NCBI GenBank assembly: GCA_035650735.1
Contig: DASRGZ010000042.1
Span: 1-32,599, forward strand
DNA: 32,599 bases
Reading direction: 5' to 3'
DNA from: Chthonomonadaceae bacterium
Lineage (GTDB): Bacteria; Armatimonadota; Chthonomonadetes; Chthonomonadales; Chthonomonadaceae
Positions within the stretch are counted from its first letter, which is position 1; the number at the start of each line of letters is the position of its first letter. Below are positions 12,511 to 21,058 of this stretch, one piece after another. The notes under the pieces are model-generated. The model made no database searches, was not told where the DNA came from, and saw only the letters and a program-made list of their open reading frames with translations. Position numbers and translations under genes: made by a program.

Positions 12511-13848
12511 CTACCGGCGGTTGGATAGGCCGAAGCGTCTCGGCCCGGTGCCGTCGCCCGTGTCCCCTTCGAGCAGCGCTTCGTAGTTGGCGGCTACCTT
12601 GCGGAAGGCGTTGGCGTACTCTGCAATCAGCGCAGGCCGATACTTCTTGAACCAGGGGATGCTGTAGGCGATGCGGTGGATGCTCTCGCTCACCGGCAGG
12701 CTGCCGTGCGGCTGGCGCACATCGCAGGCGGCGTTGGCAATGCGGGTTGGCTTGCCGTGCCCGTAGACGTCGCACGTATTCAACAGGGGATGCAGGTGCA
12801 TCGGCGGATTGCCTCCCGGAGAACACGGGCAGCCTTCGGCACGGACCGCCTCGGCAAAGCGGGCCAGGGAGAGACCGCCCAACTCCTCCGCGCGATAGAG
12901 GCCGTGCGCGGCATACCAGCCCGCCATGTTGCTGCCGGTCTTCTCGTCCACCCGATGCGCCCGGATGCCCGGCACGCCTTCGAGTAAGTCCCAGAAATAG
13001 TTCATGGCCTTGCGGATTTCCGCACACCGAGCGTCATAGTACTTCAGCTGCACCCGCCCGACCGCCGAGCTGAGCTGGTGCATCCGGTACTTGTAGCCCC
13101 CCAGCGGCAGGCCCAGGAAGGGCTTGAGTTCCTCCGTCTGGATGGCGGCGGCGTTAAAGCGCTCATAGTGCCCGAGGGCAATCGCGCGCTCGTAGATTTC
13201 GCGGTCGTTCGTGACTAGCATCCCGGCCTCGCCGATGGCAAACGATTTGCCGCTCATCAACGACATCGCCGCCACATCGCCGAACGTGCCCAGCTTCCTA
13301 CCTTTGTACAGCCCGCCCTGCGCGTGCGAGACATCCTCGATCACTTTGACGCCGTGCCGCTGCGCGATCTCCAGAATGGGGTCCATGTCGGCGGGGTGAC
13401 CGACGTAGTGGACGACGACGATAGCCTTCGTGCGCTCGGTGATGCGATGCTCGATGTCGGCGGGGTCAAGGCAGAGGGTATTGGAGTCAATGTCGGCGAA
13501 CACCACCGTCGCGCCCAGCGAGAAGCAGGGCAGGGCGGAGGCCCAGTAAGTCATGCTCGGACAGATAATCTCGTCGCCCACGCCTACCTTACAGCCGAAC
13601 AGGGCGGCATGGAGGGCTGCCGTGCCGGTGTTGAAGCCGAGCGCGTACTGTGCGCCCTGCCAGGCGGCGAACTCCTGCTCGAACTGCTTGGTGACGTCCG
13701 TGTCGGACATGCCGCCCCGGCGCAGCACCTCCAGTACCGCCTGCTCGTCCTCCTCCGTGATAAGGGGCCAGGTGAACAGGTCGCCGGGATCGGACTGCAC
13801 AGCCTTCGTGCCGCCCAGGAGGGCTAATTCGCTGGTAAGCGTTTGCAT
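12511..13848 (-). CDS. DegT/DnrJ/EryC1/StrS-family PLP-dependent aminotransferase
   Basis: NTGTAALH, GDEIICP, TKAIVVVHYVG, IEDVSHAQG and S-x4-K...GEAG; start at ATG 13848 with ggagg RBS. Confidence 0.93.
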   Translation of the reverse strand: MQTLTSELALLGGTKAVQSDPGDLFTWPLITEEDEQAVLEVLRRGGMSDTDVTKQFEQEFAAWQGAQYALGFNTGTAALHAALFGCKVGVGDEIICPSMTYWASALPCFSLGATVVFADIDSNTLCLDPADIEHRITERTKAIVVVHYVGHPADMDPILEIAQRHGVKVIEDVSHAQGGLYKGRKLGTFGDVAAMSLMSGKSFAIGEAGMLVTNDREIYERAIALGHYERFNAAAIQTEELKPFLGLPLGGYKYRMHQLSSAVGRVQLKYYDARCAEIRKAMNYFWDLLEGVPGIRAHRVDEKTGSNMAGWYAAHGLYRAEELGGLSLARFAEAVRAEGCPCSPGGNPPMHLHPLLNTCDVYGHGKPTRIANAACDVRQPHGSLPVSESIHRIAYSIPWFKKYRPALIAEYANAFRKVAANYEALLEGDTGDGTGPRRFGLSNRR

Positions 13849-13865
13849 TCGCGTTATCCTCCAAT

Positions 13866-14045
13866 TTAGAGAGCTAGACTTCCCTTGTCCGTCAATTCGT
13901 GCCCGCCGAAGGCCAGGCGGGAACCGTCCAGCAGCATCAGAGAGCGGTCGCCGGGACGGTCCCGCACGACGGCCAAACGTCCCGAAAACGCGAGACCGTC
14001 GGCGTGGTAGCTCACCGGGACGGGCGAGGCGAAAACGGATGCCAG
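13866..14045 (-). pseudogene. Possible C-terminal remnant of a lost larger gene
   Basis: Open frame SVFASPVPVSYHADGLAFSGRLAVVRDRPGDRSLMLLDGSRLAFGGHELTDKGSLAL* has GC-rich third positions, no credible start of its own, and stops just before the degT RBS. Confidence 0.4.
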
Positions 14046-14854
14046 TTGGCAGAGGGCATGTCGTAGATGTCGCGTTGGTCGGCAATGGCCCATTCGACAA
14101 TGCGGGCGTGGGGCCTGCGGACGCCAGGGACACGCGCGATCCTATCTGCCGGGGCGCTCCAGGCCCACTCCACCGCAACTCGAATAGGCGGCTTCAGACG
14201 CCACGCCTGTGATCTATCCGCATTAGCCAGCGCCGCCGCAATGTCCCGGCGGATATTCGCCCGAACTTCCTCCGGTGGGTAGAGCTCGCAGGTTTCCCAG
14301 CCGGTGCCGCGTTTGGTGGGTGTGGCGTGGGCATGCGGGAACAGGCGGCGGGCCTCCGCGCATAACGCCTCATCCCCGGAGACGTAGATGAGGGGCACGC
14401 TGTAACCGCCCGCATAGAGCGCCAACTGGCTCATCTCGCCGTGCTCTTCCCCGTTAATCAGGAAACGGCAGATCTGTTTTGGCGACTGCGTATGATCCAG
14501 AAATCCGTTGATCGTTCCGGCCATCGCGTGTTGGCCGATCATGGCGACGGCATAGACGGACTCCTCCAGCCCTTCCCAGCGCAGCGGGTTCCGGCTGGCG
14601 ATCCACATGCGTCTGGCCCTCGGATCGAGCTTCTCCAGAAGGAAGCCCTTATTCCGGTTGCGCCCGTGACCGTCCAATATGCGGACCTCGGTGGCGCCGG
14701 CATCAAAGCAGCCGGATATCGCCGCGTTCGCCTCCGTCGTAAGCTGCTCGCAGCCATAGCGGTAATGCGGGGAGTTGTCGTCCGGGTCGTAACATTGATC
14801 CCACTGATCGATCCCGGCCAGCCCCTCCATGTCGGTGCAGATCCAGACAATCAT
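14012..14854 (-). CDS. M55-family metallopeptidase (DppA-like D-aminopeptidase)
   Basis: N-terminal DMEG, DGHG, GQHA, DHT, GE and SGD motifs. Confidence 0.92.
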   Translation of the reverse strand: MIVWICTDMEGLAGIDQWDQCYDPDDNSPHYRYGCEQLTTEANAAISGCFDAGATEVRILDGHGRNRNKGFLLEKLDPRARRMWIASRNPLRWEGLEESVYAVAMIGQHAMAGTINGFLDHTQSPKQICRFLINGEEHGEMSQLALYAGGYSVPLIYVSGDEALCAEARRLFPHAHATPTKRGTGWETCELYPPEEVRANIRRDIAAALANADRSQAWRLKPPIRVAVEWAWSAPADRIARVPGVRRPHARIVEWAIADQRDIYDMPSANWHPFSPRPSR

Positions 14855-14917
14855 GGCAACCTCGCTAGCCTTCTAAACACGTCCTCATAGTAACTTGGTA
14901 GAGTTTCAATCTCGGAG

Positions 14918-15012
14918 AACTACGAGTTTACTCTGTGTGGGTGTGTAAAGGCATATTATCAGACGCCCTCGGCCCTCTTGATAACTACGAGTTTACTCTG
15001 TGTGGGTGTGTA
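14918..15012. repeat. Exact 30-bp direct duplication separated by 35 bp
   Basis: aactacgagtttactctgtgtgggtgtgta at 14918-14947 and 14983-15012. Confidence 0.9.
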
Positions 15013-15925
15013 GTTCCCAACCGCTGCTGTGGACGCGCAGGGCCGTCGCGCCCTTGTGGGCATCGAACGTTTGCTCTATATCGGCCATATCCTCAAAGTA
15101 GCCGATCAGATGCACCGCACCGAATGTCTCTCCCGCACGCACAGCCCGTCCGCCGATCTCCTGGATCAGGCAGACGTAGCCGCGCTGATGGCACCAGGCT
15201 TCGTAGACCGCCGAGGGCTCCAGCGCCATGCCCGCCAGCCAGGCATCATTGGAAAGCTGGCAAGCGCGGATAAAGCGCTGCGGCGGACTGCCCTCCTCCC
15301 TCCGATAAAAATAGCGCGCATCGGGCGGGAAATCCTCCGCAAAAACCTCTGCCGGAAGACAACCACGATAGCTCAGGTAGATCTGCTGGAAGGTGTCGCC
15401 GCGCTGGTGCTTGATATGTCCGGGCATATCCATGCGCAGCAGGAGGCAGTCCACGTCGTTGGCGCTGGTGACCTGATCCCAGGCCAGAAACCAGCGGACG
15501 CCGTCCGGGAAGACGAGCCACTGCTCCCAGAGCGAGCCGGGCTGATAGGGCGGACGCGCGATTGTCCAGCGGAACCACTGCCGTACAGCAACGAAATTCC
15601 GGCCTTCGACGATCTCAAACGGCAGCTTCCCGGCCTGCGTGCAGATCTGGGGCAGCTCCACGAACCGCTTCGGGATGTTGCCGTGCAGCAGCAGCGCCTC
15701 GCCCCAGGCGTAGCGCAGATCGGCAGGCGTCGCCGCATCGTCGGCTCCCGGCTCCAGCAGGAAATCCACGATAGCCAGCCCATAGCCGGGATCGCGCGCC
15801 CCCGTGCGCTTATCCACAAAGCTGCCAGGCATCACGCCGCTAACGTAGCCTTCCGTTGCTACGGCTGCCTGGTAGCCGGTGGTCTCTATGTGTAAAGTTG
15901 TCCCTTCTTGCCGGATTGAGGCCAT
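14993..15925 (-). CDS. Hypothetical protein (310 aa)
   Basis: Long ORF with coding-like codon usage; ATG 15925 preceded by gaggagg; no family recognised. Confidence 0.8.
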   Translation of the reverse strand: MASIRQEGTTLHIETTGYQAAVATEGYVSGVMPGSFVDKRTGARDPGYGLAIVDFLLEPGADDAATPADLRYAWGEALLLHGNIPKRFVELPQICTQAGKLPFEIVEGRNFVAVRQWFRWTIARPPYQPGSLWEQWLVFPDGVRWFLAWDQVTSANDVDCLLLRMDMPGHIKHQRGDTFQQIYLSYRGCLPAEVFAEDFPPDARYFYRREEGSPPQRFIRACQLSNDAWLAGMALEPSAVYEAWCHQRGYVCLIQEIGGRAVRAGETFGAVHLIGYFEDMADIEQTFDAHKGATALRVHSSGWELHTHTE

Positions 15926-16042
15926 CTCTGTTTCCTCCTCTGTGGCCGGTCCCCGTTCTCTAGAAGCACTTGCCTGCCCCAAATGCGGAGAAGGCCATTC
16001 GCCACGCGGCAGGGCAATGCCTGAAAACGCCGTTTGCATATT

Positions 16043-16076
16043 AAGAAGCCCCCGGCGATTTACCGGAGGCTTTCTT
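16043..16076 (-). terminator. Hairpin terminator downstream of the YciF-like gene
   Basis: aagcccccgg / ccggaggctt stem flanked by A-rich and T-rich ends. Confidence 0.6.
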
Positions 16077-16150
16077 GCTGGCAAGTGTGTCAGGAACTCA
16101 GGGAGATGGTTTCCTGAGGCCGCTTATCGGGTCATAAGAAGGAGATCCCG

Positions 16151-16654
16151 TTAGCGTCCGGCTCCCGTCTCCGCTTTGACATTGACGGTACTTTCGGCGA
16201 TCTGGGTCAGCTTCTTGTCGGTTTCGCCCTCTTCATCCAGCGTCTGCTGGAGTAGCTGCATCGACTCCTGGTCGCCCATCTCCTGGGCATACGTGCGGAC
16301 GGTTCCGTAGCCTGCGATCTCATAGTGCTCCACGCGCTGCGCGGCGGTAATCAGGCCGGCATCCCTGACGGAAGGTCGCGCGTTCTCTTTCATCAGCTCC
16401 TCGCCTTCGGCGATCAGGCCCCGCATCCCCTTGCAGGTCTGTCCCTGCGGCGATTTGCCCAGCCGCTGGAAGATCTGCTCCAGGCGCTGGACGTGGGTGC
16501 GGGTCTGCTGCTCATGCGTATCGAAGGCCTGCTTTAGCTGGGGTGAGGTAGCCGCCTGACTCATCTTGGGCAGCGCCTTGAGAATCTGCTGCTCCGCGTC
16601 ATACAGGTCTTGCAGTTGCTCCACAAAGAGGTCTTGCAGCGTGGCAAGTTCCAT
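16151..16654 (-). CDS. Ferritin-like YciE/YciF (DUF892) stress protein
   Basis: LQDLYDAEQQI, CKGMRGLIAEG, AAQRVEHYEIAGYGT, TLDEEGETDKKL; ATG 16654 with aggag RBS. Confidence 0.93.
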   Translation of the reverse strand: MELATLQDLFVEQLQDLYDAEQQILKALPKMSQAATSPQLKQAFDTHEQQTRTHVQRLEQIFQRLGKSPQGQTCKGMRGLIAEGEELMKENARPSVRDAGLITAAQRVEHYEIAGYGTVRTYAQEMGDQESMQLLQQTLDEEGETDKKLTQIAESTVNVKAETGAGR

Positions 16655-16706
16655 GGTAACTCTCCTTTCCACCGACGCTATGTCGCATCGTAATGCCGTA
16701 GCCTAT

Positions 16707-16730
16707 TACGGTTGGAAGGAGAGAAAGTTC
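16707..16730 (-). promoter_or_regulatory. Candidate ECF-sigma promoter of the YciF-like gene
   Basis: Minus strand reads GAAC-N16-CGTA (cgaactttctctccttccaaccgtaa), matching the general ECF AAC-N16/17-CGT pattern. Confidence 0.5.
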
Positions 16731-16749
16731 GGGCCGAGAGAGGCAAAAA

Positions 16750-17670
16750 TCAATCCCTATCCAGCCTTCGAGAGTCCTTAACGCCGAGGCTGGCGTAGAT
16801 CTCGCGCGTGGCCGTGGAGCGATTGAGCGTATAGAAATGGATGCCGCGCACATGGTTGTCCAGCAGGTCGCGGCACTGCTCGGTGGCCCAGTGAATGCCG
16901 ACACGCCGGACATAATCCTCATCGCCGTCGCACCGGGAGATGGCGCGCAGCAGCCTGGCCGGGTAGCGCGAGCCCAGCGCCATCTCCGCCATGCGCCGCA
17001 AGCCCTTGCTGGAGGTGATGGGCATGATGCCGGCGATAATCGGGACTTTGATCCCTGCCAGCTCGCACCGCTCACGGAAATCGTAGAAGTCGTGGTTATC
17101 GAAGAAGAGTTGGGTGACAATGTAATCGGCACCCGCATCTACTTTGGCCTTGAGATAGTCCATCTCCAGGAGGCGATTGGGCGTGGCCGCGTGACCCTCC
17201 GGATAGCCCGCCACGCCGATGCCGAAGCCGCGCGGATCGGGATGGATGCCGCTCTCATTGAACTTCTGTATGTAGTGGACGAGATCGGTCGCATGCCGGA
17301 AGGCGTCGCCGGAACGGTCGTAGTTGGGTTTATCGCGCGGTGGGTCGCCGCCGAGCGCATGGACATTGGAAATGCCGTGCTCGGCGTACCGCAACAGAAT
17401 GCTGCGTATCTCCTCCTCTGTATGGCACACGCAGGTCAGGTGCGGCACGGGGTCTAAGGTTGTCGTCTCCTTGATGCGCACGACCAGGTCATGCGTGCGC
17501 TCCCGCGTTGAGCCGCCCGCGCCGTAGGTCACGGAGACAAAGGAGGGCCGCAGCGGCTCCAGTTCCGCGATCGTCTGGTAGAGTTGTTCCGAGGCCTCAT
17601 CGGTCTTGGGCGGAAAGAACTCGAAGCTGAACGTTGTGCGGTGTTTGGCAAAGATGTCCTGGATGTGCAT
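16750..17670 (-). CDS. metF: Methylenetetrahydrofolate reductase
   Basis: SFEFFPPK, FVSVTYGAGGS, PHLTC, GDPP, AGYPEGH, KVDAGADYIVTQLFF, HFYTLN. Confidence 0.97.
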   Translation of the reverse strand: MHIQDIFAKHRTTFSFEFFPPKTDEASEQLYQTIAELEPLRPSFVSVTYGAGGSTRERTHDLVVRIKETTTLDPVPHLTCVCHTEEEIRSILLRYAEHGISNVHALGGDPPRDKPNYDRSGDAFRHATDLVHYIQKFNESGIHPDPRGFGIGVAGYPEGHAATPNRLLEMDYLKAKVDAGADYIVTQLFFDNHDFYDFRERCELAGIKVPIIAGIMPITSSKGLRRMAEMALGSRYPARLLRAISRCDGDEDYVRRVGIHWATEQCRDLLDNHVRGIHFYTLNRSTATREIYASLGVKDSRRLDRD

Positions 17671-17696
17671 GGCTTTTCTGGTCTGACCGGGTCGCG

Positions 17697-17726
17697 TTGA
17701 CAGGCGGCCCGATGGCATGTCATACT
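17697..17726 (+). promoter_or_regulatory. Candidate sigma70 promoter of the MFS gene
   Basis: TTGACA-N18-CATACT with a TGn extension. Confidence 0.45.
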
Positions 17727-17840
17727 AAACGGCAGGGCTGTCCTGTGGAAGCCTGCCGACTCAAACGCGCCCATGAGCCGTCTGCTGTGGACGCCCATTC
17801 TAATTCGTGTCCCTGCCGGGTTTTTCCTTTTTTCTTTTCT

Positions 17841-19193
17841 ATGAAACGTTCGCCGTTAATTATACTCTCTATTACCCTGTTTATCGATCTGCTGGGCTTT
17901 GGGCTGATCTTGCCGCTCTTGCCGGTCTATATCGAGCACTATGGCGGCACGCCGATCATCGGCGGCTTTCTGACGGCCAGCTTCTCCACGATGCAGTTTA
18001 TCTTCTCGCCCATCTGGGGACGCGCCTCCGACCGCTATGGCCGCCGCCCGCTGATCTTGATGAGCCTGATCGGCTCGGCCATCTCGTATTTCTTTTTCGG
18101 AGCCGCGCCGACGCTGGCTATCCTGTTCGCGGCACGGGTCGCCTCCGGCATCCTGACTGCCGCCAGCATCCCGACCGCTCAGGCCTATATCGCCGACGTG
18201 ACCCCGCCGGAGAAGCGCGCCAGCGGCATGGCGATGCTGGGAGCGGCCTTCGGCCTCGGATTCGCCTTCGGACCCTGGATCGGCGGGGAACTCAGCAAGC
18301 ACCCGATCTGGCATATTCCGCCGCTGGCGATGCCCGCCTATTTCGCCGCGCTCCTGGCGCTGTGCAACTTTGTATGGGCGCTCTTCATGCTGCCGGAGAG
18401 CCACACCGACCGCAGCGCCACGCACCATGAGTTGGGCGGGCTGGATCTCTTCCGGGCGGTGGGCCGTTCCCTGCATCATCCGACCGTCGGCGCGCAGTTG
18501 ACCGTATTTGCCTTCGCCACCTTTGCCTTCGCTGCCGTCGAGTCGTCGTTCTCCTGGCTGGTAGTACTGCGCTTCCAGAGGCTGCTGACGCAGGCCGCGA
18601 TCACCGCCTGGCAACATACGAACAGCATTCCCTTTGCGGCGCTGGCTCCCGCCCTGCAACAGCGATTAATCGAGAAGGAGGCGGCAGGGGTCACCGGCAG
18701 TATCTTTGGTATTGTCGGCGTCACCATCCTGTTCACGCAGGGCGCGGTGATGGGCGGCCTGGCCCGGCGCATCGGCGAAAATCGCCTGGTCATGTTCGGC
18801 TCCTTACTGCTGACGGTCAGTCTGGTCGGCACCGCCCTGGCGCCGACCCTGCTCCTCATTAAAATCTTGAGCATGCTGATTGCTGTCGGCAGCGGCGTGA
18901 TGAATCCCTCTTTGAGCGCGATGATCACCCACGCCGCCGGGCCGCGTGATCGGGGCACGCTCAGCGGCGCGCAGCAGGGACTTGGGAGCCTCTCGCGCAT
19001 CGTCGCGCCGCCCATCAACAACTATCTGGTGGGCATCAACACGGCCTATCCGTTCTTAAGCTCCACCGTCCTGATGGGCATTGCGTTCCTGCTGAGCCTG
19101 CGCCTGCATCCCATCCCCAAAGCGCCCTCCCCGGAAACTATTCCCTCCGCGCCGATGGCTTCGGAGGAGGAGCCGGCCCACACTTCCACCTAA
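17841..19193 (+). CDS. MFS transporter, DHA1/TetA-like
   Basis: DLLGFGLILP, motif A GRASDRYGRRP, AQAYIADVT, GAAFGLGF.FGP.IGG; start at ATG 17841. Confidence 0.93.
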   Translation: MKRSPLIILSITLFIDLLGFGLILPLLPVYIEHYGGTPIIGGFLTASFSTMQFIFSPIWGRASDRYGRRPLILMSLIGSAISYFFFGAAPTLAILFAARVASGILTAASIPTAQAYIADVTPPEKRASGMAMLGAAFGLGFAFGPWIGGELSKHPIWHIPPLAMPAYFAALLALCNFVWALFMLPESHTDRSATHHELGGLDLFRAVGRSLHHPTVGAQLTVFAFATFAFAAVESSFSWLVVLRFQRLLTQAAITAWQHTNSIPFAALAPALQQRLIEKEAAGVTGSIFGIVGVTILFTQGAVMGGLARRIGENRLVMFGSLLLTVSLVGTALAPTLLLIKILSMLIAVGSGVMNPSLSAMITHAAGPRDRGTLSGAQQGLGSLSRIVAPPINNYLVGINTAYPFLSSTVLMGIAFLLSLRLHPIPKAPSPETIPSAPMASEEEPAHTST

Positions 19194-19430
19194 CCCCCTC
19201 GTCGCCCTTCCCTACAAGGGTTCAGGAGCGCACAGATTCGGTTTAGCGACGGAATGGAATTGGGTAGTGTCCCTCTACAGAGTTGCTAAGGTCATCGGCG
19301 ACGAAGTATCAACTCTCTATGGGTACACTACCTGGAATTGCGATGGGTTAGAAACCCTTCGCTTTAAAGCCGATGGCCAAAAGGTATCCGTCCCTGGCCC
19401 CTCATAGGAAAGGAGGACGGGGGGTTAGGT
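19188..19430. repeat. Inverted pair of ACCTAACCCCC-family REP ends bracketing the MFS / prepilin-like intergenic region
   Basis: acctaaccccctcgtcgcccttccctacaaggg (19188-19220) is similar to the reverse complement of 19399-19430; the left end contains the MFS stop codon. Confidence 0.7.
19263..19332. mobile_element. 70-bp MITE, copy 1, 8-bp target duplication TGGAATTG
   Basis: GGTAGTGT...ACACTACC imperfect TIRs; tggaattg at 19255-19262 and 19333-19340; 69/70 identical to the inverted copy at 29826-29895. Confidence 0.92.
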
Positions 19431-19434
19431 GCGT

Positions 19435-20181
19435 TTACGGTTGTGGGTTGCGCCGCCAATCGTTGTCTTCGTAGGAGCGCCAGGTCTGTTCCGGGCGCTT
19501 CCATTTCGCGTGCCCATCGGCATAGGCGATGTTGCCGCCGCCCTGATGACGCGCCAGGAACCGCGACTGCTGGAGATTATCCGGCAGGTTCGAGTCATCA
19601 AAGGCCCAGGGCTGGGGATACATCCCGCCGCGCGAGGGCAATCCGGAGGCGCGTCCGGCATCCCCAAGAAGGATAAACCGCGCCGGAAACGCGATGCTGG
19701 CAAGCGGCGTTGTCTCGTTGAAGCCGAAATCCGGGTTGGCCTGATACCACTCCTGCTGATTGGCGCCCGGTAGGTTCGCCTCATTGTGGTTGTTGCCGTA
19801 ATCGGTCGTAAACCACTTGCGCGGGCCGGGGGCAGGCCAGGCAGGCGCGGAGGGGCATCGGAAAACCTGATCGTTCTTCACGTAGGGCTGTAGCTTCGTC
19901 TTATACGAGAACGGAGCGCGGGCTTCCGGCGTATCCGGCGTGCCCGGAGGCGCAGTGCGCTCGGTAACGTGCGGCGGAAACTTCTCATCGAAGTCCTGCA
20001 AGTACATCAGGTAGGCTTTGCTGAGCTGCTCCACGTTAGAAAGGCAGCTTGCGCCGCGCACCTTCTCGCGCGCCTGCGAGAAGACGGGGAACAAGATCGC
20101 CGCTAGGATGGCGATGATAGCGATTACCACAAGCAGTTCAATCAGCGTAAATCCCGTTTGAAAGTTCCGTTTCGAAGCCAT
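19435..20181 (-). CDS. Prepilin-type N-terminal cleavage/methylation protein with DUF1559 and H-X9-DG domains
   Basis: [60 protein letters not shown] 20181 with aggagg RBS. Confidence 0.93.
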   Translation of the reverse strand: MASKRNFQTGFTLIELLVVIAIIAILAAILFPVFSQAREKVRGASCLSNVEQLSKAYLMYLQDFDEKFPPHVTERTAPPGTPDTPEARAPFSYKTKLQPYVKNDQVFRCPSAPAWPAPGPRKWFTTDYGNNHNEANLPGANQQEWYQANPDFGFNETTPLASIAFPARFILLGDAGRASGLPSRGGMYPQPWAFDDSNLPDNLQQSRFLARHQGGGNIAYADGHAKWKRPEQTWRSYEDNDWRRNPQP

Positions 20182-20219
20182 TGTCTTCCTCCTTATGTTT
20201 GTGGAATTTGCACACATTA

Positions 20220-20250
20220 AGGCCCTGCGTCCGTTTCGGATGCAGGGCCT
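20220..20250 (-). other. Strong intercistronic hairpin without a clear U-tract
   Basis: aggccctgcgtcc / ggatgcagggcct stem between the permease gene and the prepilin-like gene. Confidence 0.6.
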
Positions 20251-20290
20251 CTCGTTCACGAGTCAGCCGTCTCTATGCAATTAAAGTGGC

Positions 20291-21058
20291 CTATTTCACG
20301 CCGAGGAGGCCCCAGCGCTCGCGGACGCGCGCCTCCAGCACGCCGAAGAGGGCGCGGTCGGTCAGCAGGCCCAGCCCAATAATGACGAGCATGACCGCGA
20401 TCACCTGGCTCATGTCCGCCAGTTCCCGTCCCATCGTCAGCATGTGCCCCAGGCCCGTGCTGACGAACAGCAACTCTCCGGCCATGAGGGAGCGCCACGC
20501 AAACGACCAGCCCAATTTCGCGCCGGTAAGGATGGAGGGCAGGGCGGCGGGCAGCAACACCTCCGTATAGAGAGCCAGCGGGCGCGTGCCCATCGTCTGC
20601 GCCGCGCGCAGGTAGACCGGCGGGACGTTCTTCACGCCGTCGTGAACAGCGACGGTGATCGCTAGCAGCGCGCCCATGACCACCACGAACAGGATCGCGC
20701 TATTGTTCAGGCCAAACCAGAGGATGGCCAGCGGCAGCCAGCAGATGCTCGGCAGCGTCTGCAATCCCAGCACCAGCGACCCGACCGTATCCTCCACCCA
20801 CTTCACCCGCGCCAGCAGCACGCCCAGCGGCACGCCGATCAGCAAAGAGAGCGCATAGCCTTCCAGAAGGCGCCGGAGGCTGGCCCCGGTGGCGTAGAGC
20901 AGCGAACGGTCGGCCAGGGCATGCCCCAGCGTCTGAAGGACCTGCCAGGGGGAGGGGAACAGCGCCGCATCCCAGATGCCCAGCCTAAATAGAATCGCCC
21001 ATAACGCCACCAGCAGCGCGAAAAACGCCGGCTTCCGCAGGCTGCCAATCCTCATCAT
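20291..21058 (-). CDS. ssuC: ABC transporter permease, SsuC/TauC/NitT family
   Basis: LFPSPWQV, LQTLPSICWLPLAILWFG, EAA-like loop, AWRSLMAGEL. Confidence 0.85.
   Translation of the reverse strand: MMRIGSLRKPAFFALLVALWAILFRLGIWDAALFPSPWQVLQTLGHALADRSLLYATGASLRRLLEGYALSLLIGVPLGVLLARVKWVEDTVGSLVLGLQTLPSICWLPLAILWFGLNNSAILFVVVMGALLAITVAVHDGVKNVPPVYLRAAQTMGTRPLALYTEVLLPAALPSILTGAKLGWSFAWRSLMAGELLFVSTGLGHMLTMGRELADMSQVIAVMLVIIGLGLLTDRALFGVLEARVRERWGLLGVK

Noticed and set aside
13849..14178. 110-aa N-terminal extension of the DegT ORF
   Set aside because: Overlaps the M55 gene; strong RBS at ATG 13848.
14952..14985. SAM-I riboswitch-like start on the minus strand (TTATCAAGAG...GAGGG...GATAA)
   Set aside because: Only about 30 nt; no room for P2-P4 or the GCAACC core.
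14918..15012. CRISPR array (30-bp repeat, 35-bp spacer)
   Set aside because: The repeat is the coding 3' end of a gene, is non-palindromic and resembles no repeat family I recognise; reported as a duplication instead.
17671..17840. SAM/SAH riboswitch upstream of metF
   Set aside because: Hairpins are present, but I found no recognisable SAM-I, SAM-II, SAM-IV or SAH core.
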